Shown piece after piece: positions 9,142-19,707 of a stretch of 64,000 nt of DNA. The number at the start of each line of letters is the position of its first letter. The stretch's first letter is position 1. The notes under the pieces were generated by a model. The model searched no databases. It was not told the origin of the DNA and saw only the letters and a program-made list of their open reading frames with translations. The translations under genes and the position numbers were made by a program. Location of the stretch: assembly GCF_003019035.1 (NCBI RefSeq), contig NZ_CP027447.1; one strand, 5' to 3'. This DNA is from Escherichia coli (GTDB taxonomy: Bacteria; Pseudomonadota; Gammaproteobacteria; Enterobacterales; Enterobacteriaceae).

Positions 9142-9253
9142 AACGAATCCTGATAAATGATGTTGTGCTGTCTCGCATTTTATCAGTCACATTGGTGGGG
9201 GCAATGATTTCTCTGTTGTGGCACCGCCATTACCAGACGGCACCACAATGTTA

Positions 9254-10543
9254 TCAGGGATAGGTAACCTGGAAAGTACTGGTGGCTTTAAATTCGCCGG
9301 GTTCAATAGCAATATTCCCGTCTTGTTTTAATGTAGCCTGGAAATGAAGTGGATACGTTATACCGTCATCTTCCGGGTAAATCGCATCTGAATCGTTATT
9401 CTGCGTCTGGCCCGTATTATCTTTATAAACAGAAGTTGAATCATTAGGTTTCAGTATCATGAGGGCACTTTTACTGTTTGCTAATCCTTCAATCAATACC
9501 CCAACGCCTTTTGCTGCGCCATTTCCTGTGAGAGTGTTACCAAGGAGTTGCCTGTTTTCAGTACCAACCTTTGTTGAAACTAATTTTGTCTCGATATTAG
9601 TCACACGAACGCAGTTTTGAAGTGAAATATCAAAAGGAACCGGTGTGGCACCGTTTCTTATTTGTGCTTCACTATACTCGCCCATTTTTACCGTAGAACC
9701 AGTAACAGATGTTCCACTTAACATAGCTGTAAAACAAGTGGGATTACTTAATTTAATATTTAGTAGGTCAAAATCAACTCGAAGAAAATAGCTGTGTTCG
9801 TTAATGCCGATACCAGCACCATAAGCTTTAAATGAATATAAATAGTTTGATGAGCGCGATAATGAAACTTGTTGAGTTACTGTTGGATCAAAGTTGGTAT
9901 CTGTATAAAATTCGATGGTAAGATTTTGATAAATACCGCCTACAGCCCAATATTTGCTGGATGTGTTGGCATTGTTACAACTTTGGTATAATATGCTTTC
10001 GCTTGGGTTGTACCATGAAAAATATTGTTCTGCAGAATCACCAATATATATTCCTGGTGAACTAACGTTAGTTACAGTACCGTAAGCTGACCACATATTT
10101 GAAATTAATATTGTATAATACAAACCGGGAACAGATGTATTGAATAGTTTATGGTTACCATATCTTTTTCCAGAGTCAACCATTGCATTTTCGATACGCA
10201 TTGCCCCGCCACTGGTGTTATTGCTTCTGTTACAATAAAGAAAGCCTCCGCCAGAAGCAGTATCTAACTGACTCCAATGTAATTTCACCCCTGTTGGACC
10301 CAGTTGTGTTGGTTTATAAAATACTAAATTATTTGTACTGGTACCATACCTGAACACGACTGTCACATCTCCATTTGGCCCGGTTTCTCTCCATTTTTGA
10401 TCTGACGGACCAACGCCGTAGTTATTCCCAACAACATATCCTACGAAATCATCAGTGCCAGCACTCGCGGTATAACAACTCAAGCACAGAATTAAAAAAA
10501 GAAAATATCTGAAGAATGTCTTCATTTTCACTCCACCATCCAC
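9254..10543 (-). CDS. yadC: fimbrial tip adhesin-like protein
   Basis: 429-aa ORF with signal peptide; C-terminal donor-strand-type motif ...TSTFQVTYP; last gene of the yad operon. Alternative start at 10525 (MKTFFRY...) has the better SD (ggtggag). Confidence 0.85.
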   Translation of the reverse strand: MDGGVKMKTFFRYFLFLILCLSCYTASAGTDDFVGYVVGNNYGVGPSDQKWRETGPNGDVTVVFRYGTSTNNLVFYKPTQLGPTGVKLHWSQLDTASGGGFLYCNRSNNTSGGAMRIENAMVDSGKRYGNHKLFNTSVPGLYYTILISNMWSAYGTVTNVSSPGIYIGDSAEQYFSWYNPSESILYQSCNNANTSSKYWAVGGIYQNLTIEFYTDTNFDPTVTQQVSLSRSSNYLYSFKAYGAGIGINEHSYFLRVDFDLLNIKLSNPTCFTAMLSGTSVTGSTVKMGEYSEAQIRNGATPVPFDISLQNCVRVTNIETKLVSTKVGTENRQLLGNTLTGNGAAKGVGVLIEGLANSKSALMILKPNDSTSVYKDNTGQTQNNDSDAIYPEDDGITYPLHFQATLKQDGNIAIEPGEFKATSTFQVTYP

Positions 10544-10578
10544 TGCTGTAATAGTCGCAGTAATTTGTTTTTGGTATG

Positions 10579-11175
10579 TTACTCGTAGTAAATATCAATT
10601 AATACATGGCTTATGATTTGGCCGGGCATGACATTTAATACAGGGTTGATTTTTTGCATCCGTGTATAGAATTTCCAGGATGAATTGTTTAAATCAGCAG
10701 TCATCACCGGATAAATTGAACGAGAACTGCCCGCTGGGGTAAGAACATTAAATATATTAGCCGGGTCCTGAGTGGAAAATATTACTACACCTACGTTTTG
10801 AGCGCCGGCGACATTTTCATTTGCAAAAATTTGCTGAGAGCCTGTCGCCATCACGCCATTAAGCGGTTTAAAGTTAATATGTAACTGATTTAACACATTT
10901 CCAGAACCCTGGATGGCGCAGTCAGTCACAGTGATAGTGAACTCTCTCCCACCCGGATAATCATCTTCAGGTGCGACGTTACCAGAAAAATAATCCACAC
11001 CAACCACACCAAGGTCGATATTACCAAGGTTACTGAGGCCACTTTTACATGTACTGTTCTTGATATTGGCAACCATATCCACATCCAGCCCTGCATATAC
11101 AGGACTGGATGTGGCAAACAATAATGCCAGGAACAGACTTGTTTTTATCTTAATTTTTAGTTGAGAGGAAAGCAT
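10579..11175 (-). CDS. yadK: fimbrial minor subunit
   Basis: 198-aa ORF with signal peptide [28 protein letters not shown] and C-terminal pilin motif ...LIDIYYE. Confidence 0.88.
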   Translation of the reverse strand: MLSSQLKIKIKTSLFLALLFATSSPVYAGLDVDMVANIKNSTCKSGLSNLGNIDLGVVGVDYFSGNVAPEDDYPGGREFTITVTDCAIQGSGNVLNQLHINFKPLNGVMATGSQQIFANENVAGAQNVGVVIFSTQDPANIFNVLTPAGSSRSIYPVMTADLNNSSWKFYTRMQKINPVLNVMPGQIISHVLIDIYYE

Positions 11176-11201
11176 AATCGGTCCCTGACTTTAATGGCCT
11201 G

Positions 11202-11807
11202 TTAGTTATAGGTGATAGAAAATGTTGCAGGTGCGGAAAACGGACCGGCAGTGATGTCGGTTTTGCTTTTATTTTTCTCTACCACCAGGCGTGCACTCAT
11301 AGGATGATATACTGACGTAGTTCCTGTTGCAGTGGAGATATTCACTTCCTGAGCGACTGGTGTTACGCAGCTAAATTGAGTCTTGCCGTCTGTACCAGGT
11401 GTCGTGGTATTCCATACTTCAACCGCAACAGCATTTGCTTTATCAGCAGCGGCGGAGCCGTTTGCAAAACCAGGCCCATCGTTGGCTGCTCCTTCACAAG
11501 TTGCGCGTTTAGTTAATTTTACGAGTGCTTTTTTATTAGGAATACCAGCACAATCCTTAAACTGTAACTTAAATATTTTAATTTTTGTTTTGGCATCAAT
11601 TTCAGGAATGTAAGCATCCCCAAATGCAATAACAGAAATAGGCTGATCATTGTCATCCACCAGGCTGGCGGTACAGGTTCCCGTCTCTACGGTTGCTTTA
11701 ACATTCAGCTTAACGCTATCGGTAGCTGCAAACAATTGGCTGGTGAATAGGGATGCCGCAAAAAAAACACCAGCGGGTAGTCCATAACATAATGTTTTAG
11801 ATTTCAT
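11202..11807 (-). CDS. yadL: fimbrial minor subunit
   Basis: ORF 11202..11816; start taken at MKSKTLCYG (11807); C-terminal pilin motif ...ATFSITYN. Confidence 0.88.
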   Translation of the reverse strand: MKSKTLCYGLPAGVFFAASLFTSQLFAATDSVKLNVKATVETGTCTASLVDDNDQPISVIAFGDAYIPEIDAKTKIKIFKLQFKDCAGIPNKKALVKLTKRATCEGAANDGPGFANGSAAADKANAVAVEVWNTTTPGTDGKTQFSCVTPVAQEVNISTATGTTSVYHPMSARLVVEKNKSKTDITAGPFSAPATFSITYN

Positions 11808-11821
11808 TATTATCATCCCTG

Positions 11822-12388
11822 TTATTCATAAATGAAATTGAAAGTTGCCTGGGCGCGGAAATCGCCAGGAACACCACTGCCAGCCGTGGTTTCGCGCAGT
11901 GCAACGGTCAGTTCAAGAGTTTTGTCTGTATCACTAATTTCCCATGGAATAAAACTCGGCGCACTGTTTGGGATTAAGAATGTCGAATCATCTTCACCAA
12001 GTGCTTTTATACCCATACCAATATAATTAGTTGTTGATGTAGTGTCAGAAGAGAGTGGAACAATTAATGCGGGAGTAGTTCCGGAAGCATTCCCACTGAG
12101 CCTGGTATTGATTTTGCTGACGCCTGTGGTACAACCGCTGGCAACCAGATTAAAATTCGCCTGTGCTTGAGTCGTTTTATTTGCAATTTTGTCCAGACCA
12201 ATAGTTCCTGGGAAAGTTAATGTGTAGGTGTCACTCCCATCAGGGGTGACATTGTCGCCTGATAACGTAATGTTACAAGTTGATGCTTTTACGGTTGCTG
12301 TAAAATCAACATTAATGTCTGTTGCAAGTACAGAGGATGATAAAAATAATCCAGTCAGTATTGCCAATTTATGCAGTGTTATTCTCAT
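11822..12388 (-). CDS. yadM: fimbrial minor subunit
   Basis: ORF 11822..12433; start taken at MRITLHKLAIL (12388), which avoids overlap with the htrE 3' end; C-terminal motif ...ATFNFIYE. Confidence 0.85.
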   Translation of the reverse strand: MRITLHKLAILTGLFLSSSVLATDINVDFTATVKASTCNITLSGDNVTPDGSDTYTLTFPGTIGLDKIANKTTQAQANFNLVASGCTTGVSKINTRLSGNASGTTPALIVPLSSDTTSTTNYIGMGIKALGEDDSTFLIPNSAPSFIPWEISDTDKTLELTVALRETTAGSGVPGDFRAQATFNFIYE

Positions 12389-12407
12389 TATGTGAAATTC
12401 CCTGTTG

Positions 12408-15008
12408 TTACTGAATCTGACAACTAATTCCATTCAGAATAATAGTTTGCGCTATTTTTTCTGGTGCTGCGCTCTGCTGGTAATGAGCAAGGCAAGTGAC
12501 AGGTTTACCGTCGTCAAGCCAGTTGATACGTATGTTACCTTGTTGTTCTATACCTCGAACAAAGGCCTGACCACCTTGCCCTACATTGCCAATAATATTT
12601 CCGTTCTCGTCATAAATATCTGCGGCAAACGGAATGTTTTTACCGTCAGTTCGCTTGATGTTCATAATCGCTGATTGTCCCTGAACTGTTTCAAAACCAG
12701 CAAAGACAACAGACCCTTGGCGGGGGACAGTAATAGCACTGGTACTTTTCAATTCAACGTCATTTTCCAGACCGTTAATATCGAGTGCAATTCGGTTTTC
12801 ATGATAAGGGGAGAGCGCGTTAGTAACACCATATCCCCAACGATCTATCGTACTATTACCATAGTTAATACGCGCCCCTTTAGCTCCTGGCGCTTGTACA
12901 ACGGCCAGAGTGTCTGAGTCGCTAAAGCTGTCATTACTGAAGGTCAGGCCGCCGCTATGTAAAACAAATCCGCCGTCGGTATTAAATGAGATTTGACGGC
13001 TATTATCACTGCTTGCGGAAACTGAACTGGAAAGAGTTCCCCAGGGAGATTCATAGCTTGCATATCCGCCGATATAGCCCAAATCATCACTGGATTTCAT
13101 CATCGAATAGCCTGTATTGACGCTATAACTGATATGGTTTTCGGTGCTATAACCACTACTGCTGATACTGAGTTGATTGCTGCCGTTGAAATCACTATTT
13201 AACTGAGTATCAATGCTCTGAAAACCAGAGTCGCGATGTTCTGAACCCAGTAACTTTTCGATAGGAATGCTAAAGCTTAGATAGATGCTGTCTTCATTAC
13301 CGCCGTCCTGGCTCCAGGACCGTTGGGCACTAATGCTGTAGCTTCCCCACGATGCGCTGTTACTATAACCAATGGAGTAGTTAGTATTATTTTGTCCGTC
13401 CGCCCAATAGTCAGACCAACTTCCGGCAAGATAGAATGAGCCATAGTCTTTCTTTTCAAACTTGAGGGGTTGGTTAATACTAACCGTAACCTGATTTTTC
13501 ATGCGTGAATAGTTACGCATATTTTTAGGTTCCAGGTCCTGTTCCGGATGTTTTACTTCATCGATCAATGTCAGTGCATCGTTAAGCCCCAGATAATTCT
13601 GGGTTGAATAACGGTAAGCGGCGATATTGAGCGAGGTTCTTGTATCTTCAAATAACTTATTCCAGGAGATGCGATAGCTTTGCCCGCGGTAGGTTTTATC
13701 GTCCGGAATTTGCACATCCGAGTGGGTTACATCGACTGAAAACGCACCGTACGCGGTATTCAGGCCAAGGCCCAACAGCCCGGCAGTATAGTTATTATCG
13801 GTAATTTGAATACCGGTATAACCTGTAAGATAGTTGTTCAGACCATAGTAGTAGCTGGCCTGGAACAAATTTGGCTCATTTTGAATATCGTCTTTTAATA
13901 CCTGACCAGCACTGATGTCCCATCTTCCAACACCAGGGCGTTGCATCTGAATTACCGAAGAAAATGGCTGGGAAAAAGTTCGTTTTGTGCCATCAGATTC
14001 TTCGATAGTGATAATGAGATCGCTGCCGTAGCCTGATGGGCTTAAATCATCAATAACAAATGCTCCCGGCGGCACGGTAGTTTCATAGATTTTATAACCA
14101 CCCTGGGTAATGGTGACTTTTGCGTTGGTGTTAGCGACACCATGAATAATAGGCGCAAAACTAGCTAACGCAGGCGGTAGCATTCGGCTGTCGCTGTATA
14201 AACGAATACCGCGAATACTGACAGCATCAAAGGTTTCCCCAGTTGTGTATGACTCACCCACTATTAACTGTGAACGCAAAGAGGCCAGGTCGCGCTGCAA
14301 ATAGCGATTCTGAAAATCGTAATCACTGCCTACATTGGTCATCCAGTTGTAGTTGCCGGTTGCGCGAAGCCGCCATGCCCCCAGATTTATACCGCCGTTA
14401 AATGCCGCATAAACACTGTCGTTTTTTCTGTCTGGAATTTCGCTGTGATATGCGTTCACATTGTAGGCCAGCATTGCGGCGTTAATACCGTTTTCCCACA
14501 ATGACGGATCAACATAGTTTTGGTAATTCTTCATTATCCAGGCTTGAGGAACGTTGATATCCAGCCGTTGATCGTTGACGTCATAATGAACTGAAGCCTG
14601 GGGAATGATATTCGCCAAATCTAGACAATCTCCGAGTTCGCCTTCGCGCTGTAGAAGGATGGAATTCTCGGCATTTATATCTGGTCTATTAATGTGAAAC
14701 TGCAATAAATTCTTCAGGGTGATACAAGCCTGCGCATTCTTCTTACCTTCGAGGGTAATAAAGGAAATGCTTTGGTTGATAACCGGTTGATCATTGATAT
14801 AAACACTGACGTCATACACGCCGGGCAAGGTAGGGTTACCTTCGGTATACCGACTAAGGTCGATGTTAGAAGCATCTTGCCCCATCAAAAAGGTATTATC
14901 ATATTCAACGTGTTCAGCGCTTATGGCACAGGGGCTTAATAGCAATGCGCAAAACGAGGCTATATATGTAAGTTTGTTATTATGCGTTTTTATGATTTTT
15001 CTGGACAC
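12408..15008 (-). CDS. htrE: outer-membrane fimbrial usher
   Basis: 866-aa ORF MSRKIIKTHNNKLTYIASFCALLLSPCAISAEHVEYDNTFLMG...; size and position typical of PapC/FimD-family ushers. Confidence 0.93.
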   Translation of the reverse strand: MSRKIIKTHNNKLTYIASFCALLLSPCAISAEHVEYDNTFLMGQDASNIDLSRYTEGNPTLPGVYDVSVYINDQPVINQSISFITLEGKKNAQACITLKNLLQFHINRPDINAENSILLQREGELGDCLDLANIIPQASVHYDVNDQRLDINVPQAWIMKNYQNYVDPSLWENGINAAMLAYNVNAYHSEIPDRKNDSVYAAFNGGINLGAWRLRATGNYNWMTNVGSDYDFQNRYLQRDLASLRSQLIVGESYTTGETFDAVSIRGIRLYSDSRMLPPALASFAPIIHGVANTNAKVTITQGGYKIYETTVPPGAFVIDDLSPSGYGSDLIITIEESDGTKRTFSQPFSSVIQMQRPGVGRWDISAGQVLKDDIQNEPNLFQASYYYGLNNYLTGYTGIQITDNNYTAGLLGLGLNTAYGAFSVDVTHSDVQIPDDKTYRGQSYRISWNKLFEDTRTSLNIAAYRYSTQNYLGLNDALTLIDEVKHPEQDLEPKNMRNYSRMKNQVTVSINQPLKFEKKDYGSFYLAGSWSDYWADGQNNTNYSIGYSNSASWGSYSISAQRSWSQDGGNEDSIYLSFSIPIEKLLGSEHRDSGFQSIDTQLNSDFNGSNQLSISSSGYSTENHISYSVNTGYSMMKSSDDLGYIGGYASYESPWGTLSSSVSASSDNSRQISFNTDGGFVLHSGGLTFSNDSFSDSDTLAVVQAPGAKGARINYGNSTIDRWGYGVTNALSPYHENRIALDINGLENDVELKSTSAITVPRQGSVVFAGFETVQGQSAIMNIKRTDGKNIPFAADIYDENGNIIGNVGQGGQAFVRGIEQQGNIRINWLDDGKPVTCLAHYQQSAAPEKIAQTIILNGISCQIQ

Positions 15009-15042
15009 GTTGTGCTTCCTGCTGCGTTTATTCCTGATTTAG

Positions 15043-15783
15043 TTACAGGCTGGCATTGCCTTCAATTGCACCACCAAAGTCATTTATGGCGAAGAAATGC
15101 ACTTTGGCAGAACTTGCTTTACCACTCATGCCTTTTATGTAGAAGGTTTCTTCACTCAGCGGGGCTACCATTTTTACATCCAGGGGGTAGGTTTTGCCAT
15201 TGGCGACTAAATCACCACTACTGAATGAGACGTGATACGGTGTCGGATTTGCGACGCGCAATGCAGTTTTTCCAGCAGAGGTTGCCCATGACCATTTCAG
15301 TGCTGCGGGTGCATCTGATGGCAGTCCGTTTAAACCTTCCGGGCGATAAAATAATTTGATACGCGTACGGAATGCCAATTGCAGAAGACTCTGGTTGGCG
15401 ACTTTATCTGCGTCAGGTTTGGGTGGAACCTCGAGTACGTTAAACCAGAAAACACTTTCTCGGTCTTTTGGCAGCGGTGAGGAAGCCGTGTACATCAATT
15501 TAATAGTTTGACCACGTTTGGCATCAATTCGCGAAACAGGAGGGGTGGCGGTAAATGGGACAGTAATACTCCCTGGTTCAGCACTATCGTCGCCAGTATC
15601 CAGCCAGCTCTGAACGAGTAACGGATTATTCCCCTTATTTTCCAGCCGAACATTAACGCTTTTTTCATTACTTTTATAAATTACGCGAGTTCCTGAAATT
15701 ACGATATCTGCTATTGCCGATGCGCTTAAGCTCATACAAGTGGCGAAGCATACAGCTGCAGTATGTTTAGCGTTTAAAAACAT
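15043..15783 (-). CDS. yadV: periplasmic fimbrial chaperone (PapD-like)
   Basis: 246-aa ORF with signal peptide; PapD-like chaperone between usher and major subunit genes. Confidence 0.92.
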   Translation of the reverse strand: MFLNAKHTAAVCFATCMSLSASAIADIVISGTRVIYKSNEKSVNVRLENKGNNPLLVQSWLDTGDDSAEPGSITVPFTATPPVSRIDAKRGQTIKLMYTASSPLPKDRESVFWFNVLEVPPKPDADKVANQSLLQLAFRTRIKLFYRPEGLNGLPSDAPAALKWSWATSAGKTALRVANPTPYHVSFSSGDLVANGKTYPLDVKMVAPLSEETFYIKGMSGKASSAKVHFFAINDFGGAIEGNASL

Positions 15784-15813
15784 AAACCATTCCCGACAGA
15801 GTTAATTAAAATA

Positions 15814-15848
15814 GGGAGTAACATTCCACTATTAAGAAAGTTACTCCC
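15814..15848 (-). terminator. intra-operon stem-loop (partial terminator/attenuator) between major pilin gene yadN and chaperone gene yadV
   Basis: Inverted repeat gggagtaac (15814..15822) / gttactccc (15840..15848); on the minus-strand transcript it is followed by uauuuuaauu. Confidence 0.45.
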
Positions 15849-15880
15849 ATAGATATTCAGTTTATGAATCTAACGAAGGA

Positions 15881-16465
15881 TTACTGGTAAGTAATGGTAT
15901 ATGCAGTGTTGGTTTTAACATAACCAGCAGTTGGTGCCTGGCTTGCTTCAGCACGGACATAGGATGCTTTAAAATCATAGGTTGCAGATTTAGTCGTAGC
16001 GTCCAGCGTTTTTGTGTAAATATCGCCTGGGTTGTTAATTTGAACCTGTTTGATAGTGGAACCATCAATATTGTGCAGGGCAATATTTACGCCGTCAGAA
16101 GGCGTGTTAATAGACATATCGTTGTTCAGAGTCCCTTTGCTGTTGCCAAAGAACACGGAACCGAAGGTCATTTTTGCGGTGCTACCAGGATTCGGGTTTG
16201 CATTGCTGCAGTCAACGGTGATGCTGAAAGGTTTAGCTTTAGCACCTACGGTGTCATTCAGTACGCCAGCACTGATTTCAGCAACAGTTGCAGTTTGCAG
16301 AAGCACCAGGCCATCTTTGTTGCCACCATCAACACGGGTTTCACAGGTGTTATCAACTACCAGACCACTGATATTTAATTGGCCACCGTCCAGTGCAGCA
16401 GAAGCATTACCAGCAACCATTGCTAACATCAAGCTGGACAGCGCAAAACCTAATTTTTTAGACAT
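15881..16465 (-). CDS. yadN: fimbrial major subunit
   Basis: ORF 15881..16489; start taken at [23 protein letters not shown] (16465) preceded by SD aagga; C-terminal motif ...AYTITYQ. Confidence 0.9.
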   Translation of the reverse strand: MSKKLGFALSSLMLAMVAGNASAALDGGQLNISGLVVDNTCETRVDGGNKDGLVLLQTATVAEISAGVLNDTVGAKAKPFSITVDCSNANPNPGSTAKMTFGSVFFGNSKGTLNNDMSINTPSDGVNIALHNIDGSTIKQVQINNPGDIYTKTLDATTKSATYDFKASYVRAEASQAPTAGYVKTNTAYTITYQ

Positions 16466-16772
16466 AATAATCCTTGAATAATATTCCATGAGTTTAACTT
16501 TAATCAGCCCCCCTCAAGCAGGAAGTCCCGAGAAAGAAAAGGTGAATGGTTTGTTAATGATGGATGTTTGGATTTACCGAATGTAACATCTGTTCATCAT
16601 TAGGGGAGTATTGTGCACATTTAATATTAAATATCCACTTAATTCAATTTTAAGTAAAACTAAATATATAATGTGACGATAATGGTGTATATGGGCGGGG
16701 CTGCCAAGTGGGGTAAAATATTATATGTTTATGATTATATTCTGGGGCGAATTAATTGCAATTGTGGGAAGG

Positions 16773-17291
16773 CTATTTTCGGAATTTATTTATATTTGCA
16801 ACACTATTGTATTGCCATTTATTTAATTCATCGAATTTATTTATTCGTAAAAAGTTGTCTAATACTGTCCCATCAGGAAACACTAACTTCGGCGCAATTT
16901 CAAACAGTGGCCACAGCATAAAGCCACGATTTTTCATATCGTAGTGCGGAACGGTCAGACGTTCGGTATTTATTACTTCATTACCAAACAGCATGATGTC
17001 GAGATCCAGCGTGCGCGGTCCCCAGCGTTCAGCTTTACGGACGCGACCTTGCTGCAATTCGATACGTTGTGTGTGATTGAGTAGCTCTTCAGGGGCAAGA
17101 GTGGTTTCCAGCGCGACGGCGGCATTTAAGTAATCGGGTTGATCTTGCGGCCCCAGCGGTGGGGTGCGGTAAAACGAAGAAACAGCAAGAATGCGGCTTT
17201 CTGGAATATCGCCTAATGCTTTCAGGGCAGCATTGACCTGCTCCAGCGGAGAGGCCAGATTGCTGCCTATGGCAATATACGCCACTGTCAT
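16773..17291 (-). CDS. folK: 2-amino-4-hydroxy-6-hydroxymethyldihydropteridine pyrophosphokinase (HPPK)
   Basis: 172-aa [35 protein letters not shown]...; start ATG overlaps pcnB stop (ATGA). The last ~35 residues differ from the K-12 protein as I remember it (see findings). Confidence 0.9.
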
Positions 17292-18685
17292 GCGGTACCC
17301 TCACGACGCGGTGCGCGTTTGCGTGGACGACGAGTACGACGACGCGGTGACGGTTCTTCATCCAGTTCGTTAAGCATCCCTTTTTGGTCTGGCGGCGCGG
17401 AAACCTGGAACTCACCCCACCATTTCACCAGACGTTGCAGTTCAGCGTTACGCTCAACTTCGGCTCGTAAGGCCAACAGGTCGTATGCCGCACGGAACTT
17501 AGGATGCTCCAGCAGTTTCCATGCGCGTTTTCCCTGACGACGGGACATACGCAACTGCAACTGCCAGATATCGCGAGTTAGCGTAGTCAGACGTTTCGGG
17601 ATCGCCAGTGAACGGCAGGCTTCGTCCAGCACGTCGTTCATCGCCAGTGCGAAAGCGTCGTGATAGGTCAGGCCGCTCTCCTGAGCAATTTTCTGTGCCG
17701 TCTCCAGCAGTGGATACCAGAACATGGCGGCAAACAGGAACGCCGGGTTCACGCGCATATCGTTATGGATACGCGTATCGGTATTCTTCAGCACCTGTTC
17801 AATGATCCGCTCCATCGGGCTGTCGCCATTTTCCGTGAAGTAGCGGGTAATGGTCGGGAACAGCGGCTGGAACAGATGATATTCACACAGCAGCTTATAA
17901 GTTTCGTAACCGTAGCCCGCTTGCAACAGTTTCAGCGATTCTTCAAACAGACGTGCCGGTGGGATATCGTTCAGTAAGGTTGCCAGGCGTGGGATCGGCT
18001 CGGCGGTTTCCGGGCTGATGCGCATGCCCAATTTGGCGGCAAAACGAACCGCGCGAAGCATCCGTACCGGATCTTCACGGTAGCGCGTTTCCGGGTTACC
18101 AATCAGACGGATAACGCCGTCTTTCAGATCCTTCATGCCGCCAACGTAATCACGGACGGTAAAATCTGCCACGCTGTAATACAGGCTGTTGATAGTGAAA
18201 TCGCGGCGCTGGGCGTCTTCTTCGATGGAGCCGAAAATGTTGTCGCGCAGCAACATACCGTTTTGCCCGCGTTGGGAGGTCGTGCGGTCGCTGACGTTAC
18301 CTTCGTGATGTCCACGGAAGGTCGCAACTTCGATAATCTCCGGGCCAAACATCACATGAGCCAGACGGAAACGGCGACCCACCAGGCGGCAGTTACGGAA
18401 CAGTTTGCGCACCTGCTCTGGCGTGGCGTTGGTGGTCACGTCAAAATCTTTCGGCTTTTTGCCAAGTAACAGGTCGCGCACGCCGCCGCCAACCAGCCAG
18501 GCTTCGTATCCCGCTTTATTGAGCCTGTACATTACCTTCAGGGCATTTTCACTGATATCTTTGCGGGAAATAGCATGCTGCTCACGCGGGATCACCGTCA
18601 CCTGTGGACGGGCGACTGCCTGTTCAGCCTCGCTTTCCTCGCGGCTTAGCACCTTGCGGCAAAAATTAGCGACTCGGGTAAAAAT
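17288..18685 (-). CDS. pcnB: poly(A) polymerase I
   Basis: ORF track 17288..18706. Mature N-terminus (I)[21 protein letters not shown] begins at an AUU codon (18685..18683) preceded by SD gaggtg; nucleotidyltransferase motif [10 protein letters not shown]...DFD. Confidence 0.92.
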
Positions 18686-18744
18686 AGTACACCTCGGTAG
18701 TGTCAAACATCATTCAGGACAAAAAAATAGCGGCTAATCATAGC

Positions 18745-19671
18745 TCAGCATGACGCATTTGAGAATGTTGAATTTACAATTGCCGACTCAGGCACGGCAG
18801 TCAGCGTCCAGTTTTTGACGGCTGACTGAAGGATTTGCTCGACGCTGAAATCCTGCCAGTGTGTTTCTACCTGCTGACCCAGAAAATGAAGTGCCGCGAT
18901 TAACACCGGGCGCGGATCGCCTTTCGGCAACGCAGGCGCATGATTCTGCTTGGAAAGTTTAGCGCCTTGTGTGTTAAGCGCCAGCGGTAAATGAATGTAA
19001 TCTGGCACTTTCCAGCCAAAAAGCTGGTACAGCGAGATTTGTCGCACTGTCGGTTCAATCAAATCTGCCCCACGAACAATTTCTGTGACGTCCTGGAAGT
19101 GATCATCGACCACCACCGCCAGGTTATAGGCAAACAAACCATCACGACGATGAATAATAAAATCTTCTTGCGCCAGTTTTTCGTCGGCGTGAATAATTCC
19201 GCGTAGTTGATCAGTAAACTGCGTGACCGGATGCAACTGCCGAATTCGCACAGCCGCGTTGTCTGGTCCATGATGCAAATCCCGGCAATGACCGTCGTAA
19301 ATACCGCCAATGCTTTGAATACGCGCACGCGTGCAGGTGCAGTAATAACTTAGTCCTTGCTCATATAACCAGGCGAGTGCTTCGCGATAGGCGTGGTGAC
19401 GTTGCGATTGCCAGAGAACGTCGCCGTCCCAGTGCAGGCCGTAATGTTCCAGCTGGCGCAGGATAGTCTCTGCGGCACCGGGAACTTCACGAGGCGGGTC
19501 GATATCTTCTATGCGTACCAGCCAGCGACCTTGCCGGGCGCGAGCCTGTAAATAGCTGCCAAGCGCGGCAATCAGAGAGCCAAAATGAAGCTCGCCGGAA
19601 GGAGAGGGGGCGAAGCGACCAATATAGTGTGTGTCTGTCATCTCTTTGAACAAAAAATAAGGCGGGAGCAT
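18745..19671 (-). CDS. gluQ: glutamyl-Q tRNA(Asp) synthetase
   Basis: 308-aa ORF; class-I synthetase motifs ELHFGS and KLSK. The first 10 codons overlap the dksA terminator, so initiation at 19641 ([10 protein letters not shown]) is plausible. Confidence 0.9.
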   Translation of the reverse strand: MLPPYFLFKEMTDTHYIGRFAPSPSGELHFGSLIAALGSYLQARARQGRWLVRIEDIDPPREVPGAAETILRQLEHYGLHWDGDVLWQSQRHHAYREALAWLYEQGLSYYCTCTRARIQSIGGIYDGHCRDLHHGPDNAAVRIRQLHPVTQFTDQLRGIIHADEKLAQEDFIIHRRDGLFAYNLAVVVDDHFQDVTEIVRGADLIEPTVRQISLYQLFGWKVPDYIHLPLALNTQGAKLSKQNHAPALPKGDPRPVLIAALHFLGQQVETHWQDFSVEQILQSAVKNWTLTAVPESAIVNSTFSNASC

Positions 19672-19679
19672 TTCCCGCC
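19652..19679 (-). terminator. rho-independent terminator downstream of dksA, upstream of / overlapping the gluQ start
   Basis: Minus-strand RNA: ggcggga-aaugc-ucccgcc followed by uuauuuuuug (forward stem 19661..19667 / 19673..19679, A-run 19652..19660). Confidence 0.65.
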
Positions 19680-19707
19680 TGTGGTAAACGTGATGGAACG
19701 GCTGTAA

